Positions 58,315 through 64,000 of a DNA stretch of 64,000 bases are shown one piece after another; position 1 is the first letter of the stretch, and every line of letters begins with the position of its first letter. The notes under the pieces were generated by a model. That model ran no database searches. It was given only the letters and a program-made list of their open reading frames with translations, and had not been told where the DNA came from. Both the position numbers and the translations under genes were made by a program. Source of the stretch: Anaerolineaceae bacterium (GTDB taxonomy: Bacteria; Chloroflexota; Anaerolineae; Anaerolineales; Villigracilaceae); contig VFKN01000077.1 in NCBI GenBank assembly GCA_009885525.1, positions 5,779 to 69,778 on the forward strand. Direction: 5' to 3'.

Positions 58315-59510
58315 TTAATCAGACTCGCGACCAGCGCGTAAAACTCGGTGGACTTGACCATATCGTCGAGCGAGACAGAATCGCGGACGGTGTGCGCGGT
58401 CTCTTCGTCACCGGGGCCAAATCCGATGGAGGGGATTCCCGCTTTACCCGCCCAGTAGATTCCATTGGTGGAGAAATTCCACTTGCCAGCAGGCATATCC
58501 GTGAGACCTATCTGCTTGCGCGCTTCCACGCCCGCCTGCACGAGCGGATGTGATTCTTCCAGCGCCCACGCGGGGAAATATTTATCCACGGGGAACACAA
58601 AACCCGTGTAGGAAGGTTCGTCGTAGAAGAGTTCTTCCAACTTTACAGTGGACTTAAACTCAGCGGGGATTAAATCTTCAATTTGTTGTTTAACAGTTTC
58701 TTTCGTTTCGCCGAAAGTCATGCGCCGGTCGATGTAGATGATGGCTTCATCGGGCACAGCATTGAGCGAGGGAGTCTTGACATGCATATCACTAACGGTG
58801 ATCTTGCCGTGACCTAAAAATTCATGATCGCCAAGTTTGGGCTCAAGGTCGCGGATGCCGGCAATGATGGGCAGCAATTTATAGATGGCATTGTCGCCAA
58901 GATGATTGCTCGCAGCATGCGCGGATTTGCCCTTCGCGGTGACTTTCATCTCAAGGCGGCCTTTATGTCCACGATAGACATTCATTTTTGTAGGCTCACC
59001 GATGACGACGAAATCGGGCTTGATCTTCGGGTCAACTTCGACGAAGGTATTCGGCGCGATACCGTCACACCATTCTTCCATATTACCAAAATAGAAAGCT
59101 GTCCAGCCGTCGAGCAGACCAAGGTCGCGCGCAATGGCAAGACCGTAGATCATGCCGGGCGTGCTGTTCTTTTCATCGCACGCGCCGCGCGCATATAGAA
59201 TTCCATCTTCGACCTTGCCGACGAACGGATCCCATTCCCATTCGCTTGGGTCGCCGATGCCCACGGTGTCGATGTGCGAGTCAAAGACTATCACTTTGGG
59301 GCCGTTGCCGATGCGCCCGATGGTATTGCCCATCTTGTCGAAGCGGACTTCATCATAGCCAAGTTTTCTCATCTCAGCCTGAATACGCTCGCCCACGGGA
59401 CCGATCTGCGATTCCATTGAAGGAATAGCACAAATCTCGCGCATGAATTTAATAATGTCTTCACGCGAATCCTGCACGCGCTTTTGAATTTCTTTAATAT
59501 TGTCAGTCAT
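58311..59510 (-). CDS. ygeY: YgeY-family M20 amidohydrolase
   Basis: FDSHIDTVG, GRG-like ARGACDEK, EEWCDG, IGEPT..VYRGHKGR, W.FSTNG and GFGPG.E..AH. Confidence 0.8.
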   Translation of the reverse strand: MTDNIKEIQKRVQDSREDIIKFMREICAIPSMESQIGPVGERIQAEMRKLGYDEVRFDKMGNTIGRIGNGPKVIVFDSHIDTVGIGDPSEWEWDPFVGKVEDGILYARGACDEKNSTPGMIYGLAIARDLGLLDGWTAFYFGNMEEWCDGIAPNTFVEVDPKIKPDFVVIGEPTKMNVYRGHKGRLEMKVTAKGKSAHAASNHLGDNAIYKLLPIIAGIRDLEPKLGDHEFLGHGKITVSDMHVKTPSLNAVPDEAIIYIDRRMTFGETKETVKQQIEDLIPAEFKSTVKLEELFYDEPSYTGFVFPVDKYFPAWALEESHPLVQAGVEARKQIGLTDMPAGKWNFSTNGIYWAGKAGIPSIGFGPGDEETAHTVRDSVSLDDMVKSTEFYALVASLIK

Positions 59511-59526
59511 TGTTTTCTCCTTAATA

Positions 59527-59592
59527 AGTTACATGTTTACAAGTTTACAGGTTAAAACGTTGAAACATTAAAACCTGTAAACGTTTCAACGA
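59527..59592. repeat. Inverted octamer-periodic array
   Basis: gtttacaa gtttacag gttaaaac gttgaaac ... cctgtaaac gtttcaac. Confidence 0.65.
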
Positions 59593-59594
59593 AA

Positions 59595-60308
59595 TTAATT
59601 TCCCACGCGCCGCACGACATGGAAGTGGAAATGCCCTGGAATAAAATAGCTCAAAGAATAATCCACGATTCTGCCGCTGGCGTTGAAGAGCTGCGAATAG
59701 AAATGCAGCAGCACATCGCCGCGCTGGATCTCGAGCGCCTTGGCAACATCCGCGCGCGCGCCGATGGCGCTGATATTGGCGCGCGAGGTCTTCAATGCGT
59801 CGCCGCGTCCCAGCAAAAAGTCGAGCACCGAGCCGTGAAAATCAGCGGGCAGGTCATCAAGGTAGAGAACATCTTCCGGTAGCGTATCCACGAGATAAGC
59901 AACGGGGCGGCTGTCGGTGCGGATCACGCGGCTGACGCGCGACAGACGCGTGCCTACCGCGACGTTCAATTCTTTCGCGAGTTCTTCATCTGCCTTTAGT
60001 TGTTCGACATGCAGATCGCTGACCGAAATTTCAAGGTTCAAGCGTGTTGCGACTGTCTCTATACTTTCCAAAACTTCGAGGCCGCTGTCTAATGCCTGGA
60101 CTTTTCCGACCACATAGGTTCCCGAACCCTGCCTGCGGCGGATGAGCCCCTGCGTTTCGAACATGCGCATGGCTTCGCGCAAAGTGGCGCGCGAAACGCC
60201 CAGCTGCTTTGCAAGGTCAGGCTCATTAAGCAGCCGCTGCCCCGCGGGTGTTTTCGCGATCAGTGCAGCCAGATCAGTTTGCAAACGTTGAAACGGAAAA
60301 TTTGACAT
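59595..60308 (-). CDS. GntR (HutC/UTRA) family transcriptional regulator
   Basis: EPDLAKQLGVSRATLREA...RRQGSGTYV HTH plus a UTRA-like C-domain. Confidence 0.9.
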   Translation of the reverse strand: MSNFPFQRLQTDLAALIAKTPAGQRLLNEPDLAKQLGVSRATLREAMRMFETQGLIRRRQGSGTYVVGKVQALDSGLEVLESIETVATRLNLEISVSDLHVEQLKADEELAKELNVAVGTRLSRVSRVIRTDSRPVAYLVDTLPEDVLYLDDLPADFHGSVLDFLLGRGDALKTSRANISAIGARADVAKALEIQRGDVLLHFYSQLFNASGRIVDYSLSYFIPGHFHFHVVRRVGN

Positions 60309-60314
60309 AGCACC

Positions 60315-62105
60315 TCAATCATCCAACACAGATATAAAATCGAAATTTGTCACATCCACCAGGCCCTTGTCCGAGATGCGCAATTCGGGAATGACCACCA
60401 GCCCCAACAAACTCAACTGCATATTCGGGTTATTCAATTCACTGCCGCACATTGTAAAACCTTGCAAGACCGTCGCGGTTTTTTCTGCAACCACATCCGC
60501 GTGTTCAGTAGACATCAGCCCCGCGATCTGCAACTCAACTTTTCCGGCAACCTTGCCATCGATCACCACGATCTGACCGCCGCCGCACTTCGCCAATTCA
60601 TTCGCGGCGATTGCCATATCTTCATCACTCGTCCCCACCACGATCATTTGATGGCTGTCATGCACCACCGTCGAAGCCACCGCGCACTTGCGCGTGAACT
60701 CAAATCCGCTCACCAAACCAACCGTTACTTTACCCGTTGCGCGGTGACGTTCCACGATGGCGATCTTCGCAAGGTCACGTGAAATTTCTGATTTGATTTC
60801 GCCGTTATCGGATTTAACCTTCAGCACGAGATGTTTCGTCGGCGCCTGATTTTCAATGACCCCGATGACATGCGCGTCGATCTCTTCCCCGTTGCTGGCG
60901 CGCGTGCGCAGAATAAAATCCTCAGCCCGAAGCGTTCGCTTCACGTGCACCGATCTACTCGCCCACTTCGGATATTTCACCACAGGCAATTTAACCTGCC
61001 ACTCGCCATGCTCCGAGATGGTTTGTCCTTTTGCGATGACCAGTTCCGCTTTGAATTTCAGTAAGTCTTCAACTAATAATACATCCGCCCAACGCCCGGG
61101 CGCAATCATCCCCATCTCCTTTGTCAGACCAAAATGTTCGGCGGTGTTGATCGTCATCATTTGCAGCGCGGTCATTGGATTCAAGCCTTCGCTAATTGCG
61201 TGTTTCAACACGCGATCCATGTGACCTTCGTTCACAAGAGTCTGCGCGTGAGAATCATCTGTGCAGAGAATAAATCGGCGTGAGTCGAGTTTATTTTCGG
61301 TAATCGCTTTCACTTGCGCCGACACGTCGTGCCACGAAGAACCATAGCGCAGCATCGCCTTCATTCCTTGGCGCACACGCGCAATTGAATCTTCGGCGCG
61401 TGTGCCTTCGTGGTCATCCTCCGCGCCGCCAGCGACATACCCGTGGAAGGGAAGTCCCAGATCGGGGGAAGGATAATGCCCGCCGATGGTTTTTCCCGCC
61501 GCGTGCGTCGCGGACATTTCATCCAGCATTTTTTTATCGGACATAAATACGCCGGGAAAATTCATCATCTCGCCGAGACCGATAATACCTTTCCATGTCA
61601 TCGCTTGCGCAACTTCGCGCGGACCAATTGACGCGCCCGTCGTCTCCAGCCCCGGCGCGGACGGAACACACGAAGGCATCTGCACCCAAACATGGATGGG
61701 CTGCTTCGCGGCTTCATCCACCATCAGTTTGACGCCCTTAAGCCCAAAGACATTCGCGATCTCATGCGGATCGATGAACATGCCGGTCGTGCCGCGCACC
61801 GCAACAGCGCGCACAAACTCTGTGACCGTGACCATGCCCGACTCAACATGCATGTGTCCGTCGAGCAGACCGGGCACAAGATAACGTCCCTTGGCTTCGA
61901 TGACTTTTGTTTGCTTGCCGATCGTGTGACTGGCATCAGAGCCGACATACGCAATGTGACCATCCACGATGGCAATGTCGGTATCAGGAATAATTTCGCC
62001 CGATTGCACGCTGACCCATTTGCCTTTGCGGATCACAAGGTCAGCGGGTTTGCGCCCCATGGCAACGTCAACGAGGGAGGTGGTGAGTTTGGTGGAAGAG
62101 GTCAT
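60315..62105 (-). CDS. ade: Adenine deaminase
   Basis: PGLLDGHMHVES, DPHEIANV, PSCVPS, LGEMMNFPG, DDHE, CTDD and ASTV.HDSH. Confidence 0.92.
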   Translation of the reverse strand: MTSSTKLTTSLVDVAMGRKPADLVIRKGKWVSVQSGEIIPDTDIAIVDGHIAYVGSDASHTIGKQTKVIEAKGRYLVPGLLDGHMHVESGMVTVTEFVRAVAVRGTTGMFIDPHEIANVFGLKGVKLMVDEAAKQPIHVWVQMPSCVPSAPGLETTGASIGPREVAQAMTWKGIIGLGEMMNFPGVFMSDKKMLDEMSATHAAGKTIGGHYPSPDLGLPFHGYVAGGAEDDHEGTRAEDSIARVRQGMKAMLRYGSSWHDVSAQVKAITENKLDSRRFILCTDDSHAQTLVNEGHMDRVLKHAISEGLNPMTALQMMTINTAEHFGLTKEMGMIAPGRWADVLLVEDLLKFKAELVIAKGQTISEHGEWQVKLPVVKYPKWASRSVHVKRTLRAEDFILRTRASNGEEIDAHVIGVIENQAPTKHLVLKVKSDNGEIKSEISRDLAKIAIVERHRATGKVTVGLVSGFEFTRKCAVASTVVHDSHQMIVVGTSDEDMAIAANELAKCGGGQIVVIDGKVAGKVELQIAGLMSTEHADVVAEKTATVLQGFTMCGSELNNPNMQLSLLGLVVIPELRISDKGLVDVTNFDFISVLDD

Positions 62106-62113
62106 ATAACTCC

Positions 62114-62146
62114 GTAGGCAGGTAAACAAGGAAACAGGTAGACAGG
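62114..62146. repeat. Octamer array (GTARACAG)
   Basis: gtaggcag gtaaacaa ggaaacag gtagacag. Confidence 0.7.
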
Positions 62147-62172
62147 GATAATGCGTGGTTCGTAAAGATCCA

Positions 62173-62748
62173 TCATCCGTGATACTGTCCAGATGATAGC
62201 GGCGTTTCAGGTAAAGGTTCTAAAATGATATTTGCGTTCAGCACAAAGTCAAGCACGCGCTCAAAGTTTTGTTCAACCGAATGTAGTGAGTCTATAAATA
62301 ATGCGGTATTTGGAATCCACTTTTGAAAATGTTCGCGTTGGTGTTGAATATTTTCCCAAGTGGCGACAGCCGGATTATTCAATTCAGCGAAGCGTTTTGT
62401 AACACGCTGCTCCCAAACGATTTCATCAGATACGAATACATATATCGGTAAAAAACGCGCTTCGTATTTTCTGGCAAGTGCCTGCGCGTGTTGGCGATCC
62501 ATATTCATGAACACCGAGTCGACAATCACATCGAGGCCAAGTTCCAACTGTGTATTGACCAGTCCAAGCAGAATCTCCACTTTCGAGTCCCAGAACTCAA
62601 TGCCGACATTTTCAGGGACGTCGCCAATCACATCGTCAATGCATAATAACGGCCAGCGCAATTTTCCGGCGAGTTGCTTCGCCAGCGTGGATTTGCCCAC
62701 GCCGGGCAAGCCGGAGAAAATCACAAGGGTTGGATGTGTCTCTTCCAT
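62173..62748 (-). CDS. P-loop kinase (AAA_33-like)
   Basis: FSGLPGVGKST Walker A and VIVDS. Confidence 0.82.
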   Translation of the reverse strand: MEETHPTLVIFSGLPGVGKSTLAKQLAGKLRWPLLCIDDVIGDVPENVGIEFWDSKVEILLGLVNTQLELGLDVIVDSVFMNMDRQHAQALARKYEARFLPIYVFVSDEIVWEQRVTKRFAELNNPAVATWENIQHQREHFQKWIPNTALFIDSLHSVEQNFERVLDFVLNANIILEPLPETPLSSGQYHG

Positions 62749-62757
62749 AATTATTGG

Positions 62758-63567
62758 TTATCTTCCAAAAGCAAACATGGGCGGAACGTCCACCCAGATT
62801 CCTTTTGAAGTCATAAGACTTTGTAACTCAGCCACATGCTCGGCGTGGATTTGCTCGCGTTGTTCGGGGGACATGCTCATCAGCGGCACGCCTTCCAATC
62901 CAGCACAAATCTCTTGCCAGCGGTCTTCGGCGGTGGGATGGTAATAGCCGAGTTGTTCAACTCTTACATCAATTTGCGTAAAGCCTGCGTCGCGTAATAA
63001 TTGTTCGCAAATTTCAACATCGGGAATACGATGAACAGGCAAAGAGCCGAGTGGAGCATTGTTTCTTGTCAGGCAGGCACCCCATTTCTCACGCAAGGGT
63101 TGCAGAAAATTTGGCTGGAAACTATTGAACAATACAAATCCATTTGGCTTCAACACGCGCCGCGCTTCTTTCAACGCTTTGAGCATATCAGGGACAAAGA
63201 ATAAAGATGAAGCGCATAAGACCGCATCAAAATTTTGGTCGGGAAAATCCAAATTCTCCGCGTCGCCTGTTTGAAATTCAACATTGGTATATGCGGATGT
63301 TTTTTCACGGGCGAGCGCAAGCAAGTCTGAAGCAATATCAACGCCGATGATCTTTCCTGTTTCGCCAATAATTTCTGAAGAGAGTAAAGGAACTATTCCT
63401 GTTCCCGTAGCGACATCCAATACGCGCATGCCAGCGGTGAGATTTGCGAGTTGAACAAATCTTCTTGCAGTGACTTGTAGAAAATTCAGGTTATCGTAAG
63501 TAGATACGACAGCGTTAAAATGTTCAGCAAGTCGGCGCTTGCGGTCTTCGGGATTGGAGTCGGTCAT
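62758..63567 (-). CDS. Class I SAM-dependent methyltransferase (UbiE-like)
   Basis: VLDVATGTG, GVD, GDAENLDF and RVLKPNG. Confidence 0.88.
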   Translation of the reverse strand: MTDSNPEDRKRRLAEHFNAVVSTYDNLNFLQVTARRFVQLANLTAGMRVLDVATGTGIVPLLSSEIIGETGKIIGVDIASDLLALAREKTSAYTNVEFQTGDAENLDFPDQNFDAVLCASSLFFVPDMLKALKEARRVLKPNGFVLFNSFQPNFLQPLREKWGACLTRNNAPLGSLPVHRIPDVEICEQLLRDAGFTQIDVRVEQLGYYHPTAEDRWQEICAGLEGVPLMSMSPEQREQIHAEHVAELQSLMTSKGIWVDVPPMFAFGR

Positions 63568-63660
63568 AATTTTTTTTCAACACAAAGGATACGAAGGTTT
63601 TAACAGGATAAGTTTGGATAACGATTTTCAAGCGTCAGTTTTTTTTTCACAGCAAAAAAA

Positions 63661-63990
63661 TCATTTCATGAGTGCGCGGAATACGGCCTGGTGTATGGTG
63701 ATATCGTAGAGGGAATATCCAAGCACCAAAAAAGTCGGTGCAGCGAAAGCCCATGCGAGCAGTGTCTCTTCTTTATCTAATACATACGCGGCGAGAAGTT
63801 GCGTCAATGGCAACAAACGCACGAGCAGCAGAATTCCCGACCAAGATCCCGCCATATATGTGTACGGAATGGTCAAAAGGGCGGCAGCGATCATCCATCC
63901 ACTGCTCATTTTGACCAACGCCACTGCCATAAAAATCAAAGCAAATCCCGTGACAACTACTCCGACTCCGCCTTCTGATAAAGTTTTCAT
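63661..63990 (-). CDS. Small membrane protein (5' end may lie beyond window)
   Basis: Hydrophobic 109-aa ORF near the window edge. Confidence 0.6.
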   Translation of the reverse strand: MKTLSEGGVGVVVTGFALIFMAVALVKMSSGWMIAAALLTIPYTYMAGSWSGILLLVRLLPLTQLLAAYVLDKEETLLAWAFAAPTFLVLGYSLYDITIHQAVFRALMK

Positions 63991-64000
63991 TACCGAAATA

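Noticed and set aside
39752-59510. Selenocysteine recoding in the selenium-linked purine genes
   Set aside because: The ORFs appear full length with no in-frame TGA needing readthrough.
52979-62146. Periodic intergenic repeats as a CRISPR array
   Set aside because: Units are 7-9 bp and contiguous with no unique spacers, and there are no cas genes in the window.

Overview
A 64-kb bacterial chromosomal window, most consistent with Chloroflexota/Anaerolineales. This is inferred from gene content (sortase, many GT-C membrane glycosyltransferases, BMP lipoproteins) and the dense REP-like palindromes. The left half holds housekeeping and envelope genes: hutI, a diguanylate cyclase, arginase, inositol monophosphatase, GH1, two ABC half-transporters, four GT-C glycosyltransferases, pxpBCA, rlmD, a sortase, an M1 peptidase and MarC. 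The middle holds a truncated inverted second copy of the GH1 gene, an IS remnant, and a ~9-kb two-gene island (1329-aa unknown protein plus a 1659-aa DEAH/DUF1998 helicase) resembling a divergent Druantia type III anti-phage system. The right third is a long minus-strand purine/nucleoside uptake and anaerobic catabolism cluster (ade, GntR, YgeY-like amidohydrolase, YgeW-like transcarbamylase, carbamate kinase, two nucleoside ABC systems, XDH FAD subunit). The non-coding structure is the most striking feature. (i) At least seven 105-160 bp MITE-like insertions have terminal inverted repeats and 7-10 bp target-site duplications, with about six different end types, and most carry a REP-like palindrome as cargo. 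Two of them disrupt both four-helix-bundle genes, and removing them restores the reading frames. (ii) Inverted arrays of 8-bp periodic repeats bracket accessory cassettes inside the purine operon, and one such array lies inside the rlmD coding sequence. No rRNA, tRNA or CRISPR array was seen.
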